Source: Polyangia bacterium (GTDB lineage Bacteria > Myxococcota_A > Polyangia > Nannocystales > Nannocystaceae). Taken from it: DNA of 47,224 bases. A program made the position numbers and the translations under genes. Of the stretch, positions 18,302-27,852 are shown one piece after another. Each line of letters starts with the position of its first letter. Within the stretch, counting starts at the first letter, position 1. A model generated the notes under the pieces. That model did no database searches. It was not told where the DNA came from and worked only from the letters and a program-made list of their open reading frames with translations. Location of the stretch: the NCBI GenBank assembly GCA_030430565.1, contig JAUIKS010000008.1, positions 1 to 47,224 of the forward strand, written 5' to 3'.

Positions 18302-19888
18302 CTACGGCTCCTCCGGCGCCAGCTTCGGGAACAGCGGGGGGCCGTCGACGACCGCGGTCCCGGGCCTGAGCTCGCCGAAGCGCGTGACCGTCGACCACCC
18401 CGCCGCGAGCGCCGCGTCGAGCTCGAGGCCGAGGCGCGCGAAGATCGTCGCCGCCGCCCGCGGCATGATCGGCCACAGCAGCGCGGCGACGAGGCGCTGC
18501 AGCTCGGCGAGCTCGTAGAGGGTCGTCGCGAGCGACGCCTCCGCCGACGGCGCTCCGCGGCGCTTCGCCAGGCGCCACGGCGCGCGCTCGACCACGTGCT
18601 TGTTCGCCCGCTCGACGAGCGACCACGCGGCGGCGCAGGCCCTGTCGAGCCGCAGCTCGTCGACGGCGGCCTGGACCGCCGCGCTCGCGTCGGCGGCGGC
18701 GATCGCCAGCGAGCTGCCCGCGAGCTCGCGGGCGGGCGCGGGCACGCGGCCGTCGTAGTAGCGGCGAATCATGGCGACGGTCCGCTGGAGGAGGTTGCCG
18801 AGCTGATCGGCGAGCTCGCCGTTGTTGACCGCGACGAGGCGCGCGACGCTGAAGTCCGCGTCACGACCGCTGCGGACGTGCCGGCAGAGGAGCCACCGCA
18901 GCGGGTCAACGCCGTAGCGCTCGGCCAGCGCCGCGGGCTCGATCGCGTCGCCGCGCGACTTGCTGATCTTGCGCCCCTCGGCCGTGAGGTAGCCGTGGAC
19001 CGCGAGCGTCGTCGGCAGCGGGAGGCCCGCCGAGCGCAGGATCGCCGGCCAGTAGATCGCGTGGAAGCGGGTGATCCCCTTGCCGATCACGTGCACGCGC
19101 TCCTGGCTCTCGAGCCAGTATCGCGCGAAGTCTGCCCCGCGCTCCGCGAAGCCGAGCGCGGTGACGTAGTTGCCGAGCGCGTCGAACCATACGTACATCA
19201 CCTGGGCGGGATCCCCCGGCACCTCGATCCCCCACCCGCGGGCGCGCGCGGCCGAGCGCGAGACGCTGATGTCCTCGAGGCCAGCATCGACGAGCGCGAG
19301 CAGCTCCTCGCGATAGCTCGCCGGCGCGACGCGCAGCGCCCCCGAGGCGAGCGCGTCGCGGACGTCGGCCGCGTAGCGCGAGAGCCGGAAGAAGTAGTTC
19401 TCCTCCTCGACGAGCTCGGCGACGACGCCGTGCTCCGGGCAGCGACCGTCGCCGTCGAGCTCCGCGTCGGTGTAGAACGCCTCGCAGCCGACGCAGTAGC
19501 GACCGCGGTAGGCCTTGCGATAGATGTCGCCTCGATCGGCGCACGCGCGCCACAGCGCCGCCGCGCCCTCGCGATGACGACGCTCCGCGCTGGTCCGGAT
19601 GAAGTCGTCAAACGAGAGCGCCAGGGCGCCCTGGAGCCCGCGAAACGCCGCGGCGTTGCGCTCGACCAGGAGCTCGGTCGAGCATCCCTCGGCCTCGGCG
19701 GCGCGGACGTTCTTCAGCGAGTTCTCGTCGGATCCGGTGAGCAGTCGAACGTCACGCCCGCGCAGTCGGGCGAAGCGCGCGAGCGCGTCGGCGATGATCA
19801 GCTCCATGGCGAAGCCGACGTGGGGGCGAGCGTTGACGTAGGGGATCGCGGTGGTGATCAGGCACGCGGGTCGTGATGGCGTCGGCAT
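18302..19888 (-). CDS. metG: Methionyl-tRNA synthetase (class I, short form without the C-terminal tRNA-binding domain)
   Basis: CLITTAIPYVNARPHVGFAME (HIGH-region). KISKSRG (KMSKS). Zinc knuckle CVGCEAFYTD...GRCPEHG. YVWFDALGNY and VIGKGITRFH blocks. Start chosen at MPTPSRPA (19888) by analogy with MetRS N-termini. Confidence 0.9.
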   Translation of the reverse strand: MPTPSRPACLITTAIPYVNARPHVGFAMELIIADALARFARLRGRDVRLLTGSDENSLKNVRAAEAEGCSTELLVERNAAAFRGLQGALALSFDDFIRTSAERRHREGAAALWRACADRGDIYRKAYRGRYCVGCEAFYTDAELDGDGRCPEHGVVAELVEEENYFFRLSRYAADVRDALASGALRVAPASYREELLALVDAGLEDISVSRSAARARGWGIEVPGDPAQVMYVWFDALGNYVTALGFAERGADFARYWLESQERVHVIGKGITRFHAIYWPAILRSAGLPLPTTLAVHGYLTAEGRKISKSRGDAIEPAALAERYGVDPLRWLLCRHVRSGRDADFSVARLVAVNNGELADQLGNLLQRTVAMIRRYYDGRVPAPARELAGSSLAIAAADASAAVQAAVDELRLDRACAAAWSLVERANKHVVERAPWRLAKRRGAPSAEASLATTLYELAELQRLVAALLWPIMPRAAATIFARLGLELDAALAAGWSTVTRFGELRPGTAVVDGPPLFPKLAPEEP

Positions 19889-20184
19889 GGGGTAGCTCCG
19901 TGGGGTGAGTGACGTGTTGGTGCGGGGTGAATTCGCGCGTAGAGACGACGAAACCCGGCGGGCCCTGGGGGCCGACCGGGTTCGCAAGCTGACGCTCTTC
20001 GTCTCGCTCGAGAGGCTCGAGACTTAAGCAGCTCGCATGGACGCCCCACGCGACGGATCGCGCATGGGCATCGACATGCTGTGGCTCTGGCGAGTCATGG
20101 CTGCTCCTTCACTATGATCCGCCGGGCCGCCGCGGGCACGAACTTTCTCGATCCGCGCGCTGTCGCGCGGCCCCTCGCGCGCGG

Positions 20185-20508
20185 CTATCCGGGCGGCGGC
20201 TCCTCATCGCCCGGCGCCGCCGCGCTCGCCGGCGCCTCGCCTGCAGCCGCCGGCGGATCCGCGTCCGCTCGCGCCTCCGCGGCGGCGCTCGCCGGCGCCT
20301 CGTACGGCTCGACCGTCGCCGGGACCCCGTACTTCGGCTGAGAGACGCACGCGCTGAGCCCCCCGATCGTCAGCCCCATCAGGATCGCGGTCGAGCTCCT
20401 GGCGAGCCGCCCGGGCGTGTCTCGAAGTTCATGCGCACAAAACGGACACCGGCGCTCGCCAGCCCGCACGTGGACGCCGCAGGAGGGGCACGCGAGGAGT
20501 CGGGACAT
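20185..20508 (-). CDS. Small zinc-ribbon membrane protein
   Basis: CPSCG...CPFC zinc ribbon at the N-terminus. One TM helix AILMGLTIGGLSACV. Pro/Ala-rich tail. Confidence 0.45.
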   Translation of the reverse strand: MSRLLACPSCGVHVRAGERRCPFCAHELRDTPGRLARSSTAILMGLTIGGLSACVSQPKYGVPATVEPYEAPASAAAEARADADPPAAAGEAPASAAAPGDEEPPPG

Positions 20509-20546
20509 GCCGCGATCATACCGCCGTCCGCGCCCGAGCAGGCCGG

Positions 20547-21335
20547 CTAGCCGCGAAACGCCCGCGCGAGCGCGCTCGCCCGCGCCGCGTCGACGGCTCC
20601 GCGCCAGTGGCCCTCGCGCTTGACCGACGAGCCCACGATCAAGCCGTCGGCGCCGGCGAAGGAGTCGATGTTGCTCGCGCGCACCCCCGAGCCGACGAGC
20701 ACCGGGATCGAGACCGCCTCGCGCACCACCTCGACATCAGCTGGCGCTGCGGGCAGGCCGGTCTCGCGCCCGGTGATGATGACGCCGTCCGCCGCGAAGA
20801 ACTCGGCCGCGCGCGCGGTCTCGGCGAGCTCGACGTCGGCCGTCAGCGCGTGCGAGGCGTGCTTCTTCTTGATATCCACGAACACGCGCACACGCTCCGC
20901 GCCGATCGCCCGGCGGTAGCGAAGCAGCGCGCCCGCGTCGCTCTCGTGGATCCCCTCGTCGGCGACGTGGGCGAACACGAAGCCCTCGGCGCGCACGAAC
21001 GCGGCCCCGCAGGCGAGCGCGACCGCGAGCGCCTCACGGTTCGCGCCCGCCAGCACCTGAACGCCCAACGGCAGCGGGACCGCGCGACGAACCGCGCTCC
21101 CGATCACCGCCATCGCGGCCGTGATCTCCGGCCCGACGCCGCCGCGCAGGTAGGGCACGTCGTGCATGTTCTCGATGATCACGGCGTCGAAGCCCGCCTC
21201 GTGATAGACGCGCGCCTCCGCGGCCGCCCGCGCGGCGATCGCCTCGACCGACGACGAGTTCCTGGGCGTCCCCGGGAGCGCGTCGAGATGCAGCATCCCG
21301 ATCAACGCGCGCGGCGTCGAGAACAGCTCCCCCAT
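20547..21335 (-). CDS. BtpA/SgcQ-family TIM-barrel protein
   Basis: MGELFSTPRALIGMLHLDALPGTP matches the BtpA N-terminal signature (iGmvHL.pLPGsP). GFDAVIIEN. Lys-rich DIKKKHASH. Confidence 0.75.
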   Translation of the reverse strand: MGELFSTPRALIGMLHLDALPGTPRNSSSVEAIAARAAAEARVYHEAGFDAVIIENMHDVPYLRGGVGPEITAAMAVIGSAVRRAVPLPLGVQVLAGANREALAVALACGAAFVRAEGFVFAHVADEGIHESDAGALLRYRRAIGAERVRVFVDIKKKHASHALTADVELAETARAAEFFAADGVIITGRETGLPAAPADVEVVREAVSIPVLVGSGVRASNIDSFAGADGLIVGSSVKREGHWRGAVDAARASALARAFRG

Positions 21336-21404
21336 GGTCTTCGTGGCGACGCGGGCTCCGTGCATGCGCTCACGGTACTCGACGAGCGCGCCGCGGCGCC
21401 GTGA

Positions 21405-23012
21405 TCAAAGCTCCGTCGGCAGCGGCCAGCTCGTGAGGGTACCGTTCTCGACCCACTTGACCGGCGTGAACCACAGCGCGCCGCTCGGGCTGACCGCGAC
21501 GCGACCGCGGCTCGGCATCGTCGCGAAGAGCTCGACCTCGCCCGTGAAGGGCTGCACCTCGATCACCTCGTTGTTCGCCAGGCCCGCGTAGACGCGGCCG
21601 GAGAACGCGTCGTGGCTGAGGCTCGTCACGTGCTCGCTGAGCCCCACGACGAACTCGCTCTCGGCCGTGTTCACGTTGAACCGGTACAGATCTCCGCCCT
21701 CGACCGCGAACAGCAGGTGCACGTCGCTGATCGGCGCGCCGGCGGTGACCCGCCCTGGCAGCGCGCCGAGCAGGCCGTCGGTCATCTCGTCGAGATCGGC
21801 CGTGTTGATGTCGCCGTTGTCCGTGCTGTTCCCGACGTAGAGCACGCGGTCGTTCCCCCAGGTCAGCCCCTGCGGTCCCGAGTCGGTCCACTGATTGGCG
21901 AAGGGGCCGACGCCCGAGGTGATCTCCGCCGGGATGATGATCGGCAGCGGCGCCATCGGGTCCTCGTCGTCGACCTTGGCGACGCCCTGCGGCGTGATCC
22001 CGCAGCCACAGTTCGCGCAGCAGATGTAGGTGACCGCGACCTCGCCGTAGCCCATCACCGGCAGCGGCTCCTGCGGGGCGCTCACGAGCGGATGTCCCTC
22101 GGGATAGCTGCGCGGGATGGTCAGCTGCTTGAGCACCTTGACCTCGCCGAGGTCTTTCTCGGAGACGCCGGTCCAGGTGTCGAGCGTCCCCTCGGGGGAG
22201 AGCCGGCGGACGAAGTCCGGCCCCGCGCGGATCGTCACCATCCACGCGTTGCAGTCGTCGTCGAAGCTGAGCGAGGAGATGTCGGTCGCGAACTCGCCGT
22301 TTATCAACGCGTCGTCGGGGTCCTCGCACGCGGGCGCGCGGACGCAGCCGCAGGCGTGGCCCCAGCACGCGCCCTCGCTCGTGCACGTCGCGCCGTTGCA
22401 CGGCGCGACCGGGATGCAGCCGCCCTCGTCGTCGCAGACCGTCCCCGGACCGCACAGCGCGTCGCCGCAGGGCGTCGAGGGCCCCGCGAGCGCGCAGGAG
22501 GTGTCGGGCTCGACGCACTCCCCCGTGAGCACGTCGCAGACCTGCGCGGGGCCGCAGGGATCCGGGTCCTGCCCCTGACAGCTGGTGACGCAGACATCAT
22601 CGACGCACTGCTGGTTCGGCTCGAGACAGTCGCCGCAGCCGGGCCCGACGCCCGTCTCGGTCGCGCCCGAGCTCGAGCTGCCGACGCCCGTGGTCGGATC
22701 GGGATCGACCGTCGTCGCCGTCGCGCTCGTGGTCCCGCCCGTGCTCGCGCCCGCGGTGCTCCCGGTCTGCGCGTCGGTTCCGGCGCTCGCCCCCGTCGGC
22801 GCGGTCGTCACGCTCGGGCCTGCGGTCGTCTCGGGCTGCTCGTCGTCGCCGCAGCCTGGCGCGAACGCCAGCGTGAGCGCGAACGCGAGCGCCGCGAAGC
22901 CACGACCTTCCGGACAGCGCGCGCCGCCCCGCGCTCGTCGACTCGTCCGCCTGCTTGTTGAATTCAATTTGGTCACGCCACGCGCAGGGTACCGAAGCTT
23001 CGTTGCAAACAT
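21405..23012 (-). CDS. Secreted lipoprotein with Myxococcus-type cysteine-rich repeats and a C-terminal beta-rich domain
   Basis: ALAFALTLAFAPGC lipobox. CVDDVCVTSCQGQDPDPCGPAQVCDVLTGECVEPDTSC and further Cys-rich modules. The first ~18 codons are atypically AT-rich, so the true start may be a downstream in-frame GTG/TTG. Confidence 0.55.
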   Translation of the reverse strand: MFATKLRYPARGVTKLNSTSRRTSRRARGGARCPEGRGFAALAFALTLAFAPGCGDDEQPETTAGPSVTTAPTGASAGTDAQTGSTAGASTGGTTSATATTVDPDPTTGVGSSSSGATETGVGPGCGDCLEPNQQCVDDVCVTSCQGQDPDPCGPAQVCDVLTGECVEPDTSCALAGPSTPCGDALCGPGTVCDDEGGCIPVAPCNGATCTSEGACWGHACGCVRAPACEDPDDALINGEFATDISSLSFDDDCNAWMVTIRAGPDFVRRLSPEGTLDTWTGVSEKDLGEVKVLKQLTIPRSYPEGHPLVSAPQEPLPVMGYGEVAVTYICCANCGCGITPQGVAKVDDEDPMAPLPIIIPAEITSGVGPFANQWTDSGPQGLTWGNDRVLYVGNSTDNGDINTADLDEMTDGLLGALPGRVTAGAPISDVHLLFAVEGGDLYRFNVNTAESEFVVGLSEHVTSLSHDAFSGRVYAGLANNEVIEVQPFTGEVELFATMPSRGRVAVSPSGALWFTPVKWVENGTLTSWPLPTEL

Positions 23013-23307
23013 GTCTTTAAATTCACATCAGCACATGCGCGCGGGCGCCCCGCCGCCGCGTCTCGCTATACTCAGGCGTCGACGAGCTGCGCGCCTGGCT
23101 GCGCGCGCACGTCCCTCCGCCCCGGGGCGGCCGGCTGTGTATGTTCCTGGGCCTGCGGCGTCGGCTCCGCTACCGCGTCAAGCCGCCGGCGCTCTACCGC
23201 GATCAGCCGTTTCGCGCGCACCGCCTGTTCTCAGTGGTCGGTGAGGCCGGGCTGCTCCCGATCGGCTACAAGGATCAGGGCACGCGGCCGACGCGTGGTC
23301 ATAGCGC

Positions 23308-25104
23308 TCACTCATCACGCGCGCGGAAGCGGAAGGTCCGCGTCTGCGTGAACGCGACCAGCAGCTCCTGGACGTTGTAATCGCGCTGCTGCGCGCGCGC
23401 GTGCAGGCCGTCGAGGGTGCACGCGTCGACGGGCGCGGGCTCGCGCGCGTAGGCGTAGCGAAACCAGTTCTCGAGGTAGCAGCGGCGCGCCTGCTCGAGC
23501 TCGGCGAGCTGGCTCGCCAGGTCGACGTGATCGGTGAAGGTCAGCGCGTCGCCGTCCACGGGCACGCTGGCCGCCGCGTCGATCGGCGCCGCGCCCTCGT
23601 GCGAGCGGTAGCGACCGACGGCGTCGAAGTGCTCGAAGGCGAAGCCCGCCGGGTTGATGAGGCCATGGCAACTGGCGCAGTAGGGCGACGAGGTGTGGGC
23701 CTCGATCCGCTCGCGCGTCGTCTCGTAGACCCCGTTGTCCGCGGGCGGCTCGAGCTCTACGTCGTCGGGCGGGGGCGGCAGCTGGTTACACAGGATCTGG
23801 CGGTGCACGAACACGCCGCGCAGGATCGGCGAGCTCGCGTCGGGCTGGGCGTGGGCGGCGAGGAAGCCGAGCTGCGTCAGCAGGCCCGCGCGCTCGTCGG
23901 CGTCGAGCTCGACGCGCACGAACTCCTCGGGATCCGCGACGTGCGTGACGCCGTAGATCGCCGCGAGCTCGGCGTTGACGAAGCTGATCGGCGCGGTCAT
24001 CAGCGCCGCGTAGCCCTCCTCGAGCTCGAAGACGACGTGCTCGATGAAACGGCGCGTCTCCTCCTGCAGCGCGGCGCCGCTTACGTCCGCGAACTCCGGG
24101 TGCAGCGCGGCGTCTTTGCTCAGCCCCTCGTAGTGGTGCACGCCCAGCCACTGGGCGTGGAAGTCGAGCACGGGCGCGCGCGCGCGCGGGTCCGCGAGCA
24201 GCCGGCGCGCCTGCTGCTCGATCCCCTCGGGCTCCGCGAGCGCCCCGTCGGCGGCCGCGTCGAGCAGCGCGTCGTCCGGGGTCGAATTCCACAGCAGGTA
24301 CGAGAGCCGCGTCGCCAGCTCATAGCCGTCGAGCGCGATCACGTCCCCCTCGGCGGCGCCGCCGGGCCCCGTGCTGAGCTCGACCCGGTACAGAAACCGC
24401 GGCGACTGCAACATGGTCTCGAGGACAAGCTGGATCCCCTGCGCGAAGGCGGCGCCCTCCTCGTAGAGCCCCGGCCCGCGCCGGTAGACCTCGAGGTAGG
24501 CCGCGCGCTGCGCCTCGCTCAGCGGTCGGCGATAGACGCGTCGCCCGAAGCGCGCGATGAAGTCGACCGCGCAGGCCTCGGCCTCGACCTCGTCGAGCGC
24601 GAGCTCGTCCCCCGCGTCGGCGAGGCACGGCGCCGCGCCGTGCAGGGTCGACGGCGCGGCGACAGCCTCGGCCGCGATCGCCTCGGCCGCGCGCCGGTAG
24701 TCCCGCGCGAGCCGGGCCGAGACCGTGAGCGCGTCGGCGTTGTTGTCGAAGCCGGCGAACAGCGGATCGGCGATGAACTCGCGCGCCGGCGAGTGCTCGA
24801 TCCCCGGGAGCAGATCGTGAACGCTGCGCTCGTACTGCGCGTGGGTCAGCCGAACCAGCCGCGGCCGCGGGCCAGGCGTCTCGACCGCGCACTCGTCCGC
24901 AGGCGCGCCGTGGTCCGGCTCCGTCGGATCGTCCGCGCCGTCCGTCGCCGAGCTCACGTCGCCCGTCGTCGCGTCCGCGGGCTCATCGACGCCGCAGGCC
25001 GCCGCCAACGCCAGCCCCAGCGCGAGCAGCCCGTGACGAGAGTCCGCGCGTCGTCGCACAGGGTGATGGTAGCTCGAATTGTCAGGCGCTGTAGGTAGCC
25101 GCAC
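23308..25104 (-). CDS. DUF1587/DUF1595/DUF1592/DUF1588/DUF1585-type (PSD family) lipoprotein with a CASCH heme-like motif
   Basis: RLVRLTHAQYERSVHDLL (DUF1587-like). FIARFGRRVYRRPLSEAQRAAYLEVY (DUF1592-like). PPPPDDVELEP...TTRERIEAHTSSPYCASCHGLINPAGFAFEHFDAVGRYR (DUF1588-like). RCYLENWFRYAYAR (DUF1585-like). N-terminal LALGLALAAAC lipobox. Confidence 0.7.
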   Translation of the reverse strand: MRLPTAPDNSSYHHPVRRRADSRHGLLALGLALAAACGVDEPADATTGDVSSATDGADDPTEPDHGAPADECAVETPGPRPRLVRLTHAQYERSVHDLLPGIEHSPAREFIADPLFAGFDNNADALTVSARLARDYRRAAEAIAAEAVAAPSTLHGAAPCLADAGDELALDEVEAEACAVDFIARFGRRVYRRPLSEAQRAAYLEVYRRGPGLYEEGAAFAQGIQLVLETMLQSPRFLYRVELSTGPGGAAEGDVIALDGYELATRLSYLLWNSTPDDALLDAAADGALAEPEGIEQQARRLLADPRARAPVLDFHAQWLGVHHYEGLSKDAALHPEFADVSGAALQEETRRFIEHVVFELEEGYAALMTAPISFVNAELAAIYGVTHVADPEEFVRVELDADERAGLLTQLGFLAAHAQPDASSPILRGVFVHRQILCNQLPPPPDDVELEPPADNGVYETTRERIEAHTSSPYCASCHGLINPAGFAFEHFDAVGRYRSHEGAAPIDAAASVPVDGDALTFTDHVDLASQLAELEQARRCYLENWFRYAYAREPAPVDACTLDGLHARAQQRDYNVQELLVAFTQTRTFRFRARDE

Positions 25105-25414
25105 GCGCGTCCTTCCCGGCCGGCAGGTCGATCGCCAACGCCGTAGGCGAGGCCGCGCTCGAGGTTGCCAGTTCAGCCTGCGCGCGTCGTCTCGACGCGG
25201 GCGCGCTCCTCATCATTCTCGGCCGAGCCCCTTGAATTCGCGGCCAAAATTATCTTGGCGGCGGCGTTGGCGTCGCCGATGCACTGTCATGGGAGCGCAC
25301 GCAGACGCGCCCTACCCCGCGCTTCCGCTTCCTACCGCCGCGCCGGCGCTATCGCCGAGGGCGTCGACGTCCCGCTGATGATCCTCGACGAGAGCTGACC
25401 CAGCGCGCCTGTGC

Positions 25415-26992
25415 TCACGGCTGCGGCAGGCACTCGCCGTTACACACCCCGTCCTCGCCCCACTGCACGAACACCCCGTCAGCGCACAGCGACGGGATGA
25501 ACACGTCGATCGCCTCGACGTTCAGCGGGTTGTCGCGCAGGTCGAGCGCGAGGCACTCGGGCTCCAGCCACGACGGGTCCGCGAGCGGAGACAGGTCGCT
25601 GATCTGGTTGTTGCGTAGATTGGCGCCGCGCAGCGCGGGCATCGTCGCGAGCGCCGCGACCGAGGTGATGACGTTCGAGTGCGCGACGAGCGTCTCGAGC
25701 GGGAGGCCGGCGAGCGGCCCGAGGTCCTCAACCTGGTTGTCATCCATGCGCAGGGTCTCGAGCGAGCTCATCCCGCTGAGCGGCGCGAGATCGCTGATCT
25801 CGTTGTTGTCGATGTACAGGGACTCCATCGCGGTCATGCCCGCGAGCGGCGCGAGCTCAGAGACCTGATTCTCGCCGACGTTGAGCCGCACCATGCCGGT
25901 GAGCCCCGTGAGGCCGCTGAGATCCGCGATCGCGTTGTCGTCGAGGAGCAGCTCCGCGAGCTTCGTCTGCGGCCCGAGGTTGACCGAGCTGACGACGCCC
26001 CCCGCCGCGTGCAGCGTCTCCAGCGACTCGAGGCCGGCGAGGGGGTCGAGCGCGACCACCTCAACCGCGTCGATCCGCAGCGACTCGAGGGTGGCGACGC
26101 CCGCGAGCGGCGAGACGTCGGAGATCGGGTTCTCTGACAGCGAGAGGTGCTTGAGCGCGGGCAGCTCGGCCAGCGGGCTTAAGTCTGAGATGTGGTTATT
26201 CCACGCGAACAGCAGGGTCAGCGTCGGCACCTCGGCCAGCGGCGCGAGCGAGTCGACCTCGTTGTCGCCGATGAGCAAGATCGCGAGCGAGTCGAGCGTG
26301 GACACCACCTCGAGATCGGAGAGGCCGGTGTCGTGGAGGCCGAGCTCCCAGAGGTGATCGAGATCGCTCAACGGCTCGAGCCCGGACGCGCCGAACGGGT
26401 TGTGCCAGAGGTTGAGGCGCTCGAGCGAGGTGAGCCACTGCACCGGCGCGATGTCGCTGATGTCGCCGCTGACCACGTTGAGCTCGAGGAGCGACGAGGC
26501 GCACTCGATCCCGGCGAGCGAGAAGATCTTCTGGTCGGCGGCGCTGGACGCCGCGAGCGCGGTGAGGGTCAGGAGCTGAGCGGGCGAGATCGGTCCCTCG
26601 GGCAGCTCGAGCGCGTCCCGGACCTCGCTCTCGAGCCGCGGTGACTCGAACTCGATGACGTCGCACGCGGGCGGCTCGACGCCGGAGTCCGAGCCGGAGC
26701 CGTCGGTCGCCGCCTCTGTCTCGGTCGCGTCGCTGTCGCTGGTGTCGGGCTCGCCGGTCCCCGTCACCCCCGTCGTCCAGGAGCTCGCGCTCGCGCCGAC
26801 GGTCGTACCGTCGAGCGTGCTCGCGCTGTCGCCCGTTGCGCCCGTCGTCGTCGTCGTCGTCGCGTCCGCGGTCGACCCCCCGGTCGAACCATCGCTCGCG
26901 CTGCCTTGAGGCTCGCCGCCCGTGCAAGCGACCAGCCCGAGCACGAGTGACGCGAGGACTGCCTGAGTGCCGAACTTCATCGTCAACATCAT
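25415..26992 (-). CDS. Leucine-rich-repeat (internalin-like LRR) lipoprotein
   Basis: MMLTMKFGTQAVLASLVLGLVAC signal plus lipobox. T/S/G-rich linker. At least 12 units of about 22 residues of the type L..L..L..L.L..N.ISDLSPLA. C-terminal Cys-containing cap. The long R/P-rich extension to 27280 was discarded. Confidence 0.7.
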   Translation of the reverse strand: MMLTMKFGTQAVLASLVLGLVACTGGEPQGSASDGSTGGSTADATTTTTTGATGDSASTLDGTTVGASASSWTTGVTGTGEPDTSDSDATETEAATDGSGSDSGVEPPACDVIEFESPRLESEVRDALELPEGPISPAQLLTLTALAASSAADQKIFSLAGIECASSLLELNVVSGDISDIAPVQWLTSLERLNLWHNPFGASGLEPLSDLDHLWELGLHDTGLSDLEVVSTLDSLAILLIGDNEVDSLAPLAEVPTLTLLFAWNNHISDLSPLAELPALKHLSLSENPISDVSPLAGVATLESLRIDAVEVVALDPLAGLESLETLHAAGGVVSSVNLGPQTKLAELLLDDNAIADLSGLTGLTGMVRLNVGENQVSELAPLAGMTAMESLYIDNNEISDLAPLSGMSSLETLRMDDNQVEDLGPLAGLPLETLVAHSNVITSVAALATMPALRGANLRNNQISDLSPLADPSWLEPECLALDLRDNPLNVEAIDVFIPSLCADGVFVQWGEDGVCNGECLPQP

Positions 26993-27092
26993 AGGCGATG
27001 CGCCCCGAACACCGCGCGCCGTCTCTGCGCGCCCGCGCGACGCCGCCGCCGCCGCCGCCGCGCGGCCCCGACGAGCCCGACCTGGCGATCGA

Positions 27093-27668
27093 TCACGCGC
27101 TGTAGGCCAGCTGCTTGCGCGCGCGCGAGTACCAGCCCGCCTCGGCGGCGGGCAGGTACACGTTGCAGTCGTACATCTCCGAGGCGTAGACGTGAATCGT
27201 GACCGCCGAGCTGCGCTCGGAGACGTTGGCGATGGTGTGATACTCGTAGGGCGGCAGCAGGGCCCCCGACGAGCCGACACCGGCGAAGATCCGCCCGGCC
27301 TCGCGGAACCGACAGCGCTCGCCGCGGTCCTCGAGCAGGTCGTACTGCACCACCTCGATCGTCCCCTGCACGACCCCCTCGACGCACCACAGGCCGCAGT
27401 GATCGTGGATCGGCGTGCCCTGCTCCGGGCCCCAGGTCATCGCGATCACGGTGTAGCCGAGCGGCTCCGAGGCGTGGATCAGCCGGCGCGCGTAGCGACC
27501 GGGCGTCGGCGTCGTCAAGCACGCGGGGAGCTCGATCGCGCGGTCGCTGATCATTCGCGTGAGCCCGGCTCCGATCGCGCGGCTGATCGCCTCGGGCGAG
27601 GGCTGACGAACGGCGTCGTCGAGGGTGTCGACCAGCGCGCGGAGTCCGGGGAACTGCCTTGGCGTCAT
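27093..27668 (-). CDS. Cysteine dioxygenase type I-like cupin (thiol dioxygenase family)
   Basis: PIHDHCGLWCVEGVVQGTIEVVQYD (HxH cupin motif 1). SAVTIHVYASEM (HLYSPP-like block). About 190 aa. ATG at 27668 preceded by AAGG. The upstream part of ORF 27093..28244 was discarded. Confidence 0.7.
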   Translation of the reverse strand: MTPRQFPGLRALVDTLDDAVRQPSPEAISRAIGAGLTRMISDRAIELPACLTTPTPGRYARRLIHASEPLGYTVIAMTWGPEQGTPIHDHCGLWCVEGVVQGTIEVVQYDLLEDRGERCRFREAGRIFAGVGSSGALLPPYEYHTIANVSERSSAVTIHVYASEMYDCNVYLPAAEAGWYSRARKQLAYSA

Positions 27669-27852
27669 GATGAACCTTGGGACATGTGTCTTGGCGCGCA
27701 ATCGACCCCCGCGCGGTGGGAGCTCGAACTGTACGCCAATTTCCACGTACCGAACCGGCGAATCAACGTCCGCGGCGCGCCCGGGAGCGCGGTCAAGCGC
27801 ACACGCTCGCGCGATCGCGCAGCGAACGCGGCGGCCTGATAAAGTCGTCGCC

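Noticed and set aside
19889-20184. Imperfect GC hairpin (gaaacccggcgggccc...gggggccgaccgggttc) and ORF 20081..20341 upstream of metG
   Set aside because: No T-box or other recognizable leader. The ORF is Ala/Gly-rich with no support. Probably a plain promoter region.
25165-25398. 77-aa plus ORF in the 310-bp gap upstream of the PSD-family gene
   Set aside because: No RBS and no domain. Overlaps the likely promoter of the 23308..25104 gene.
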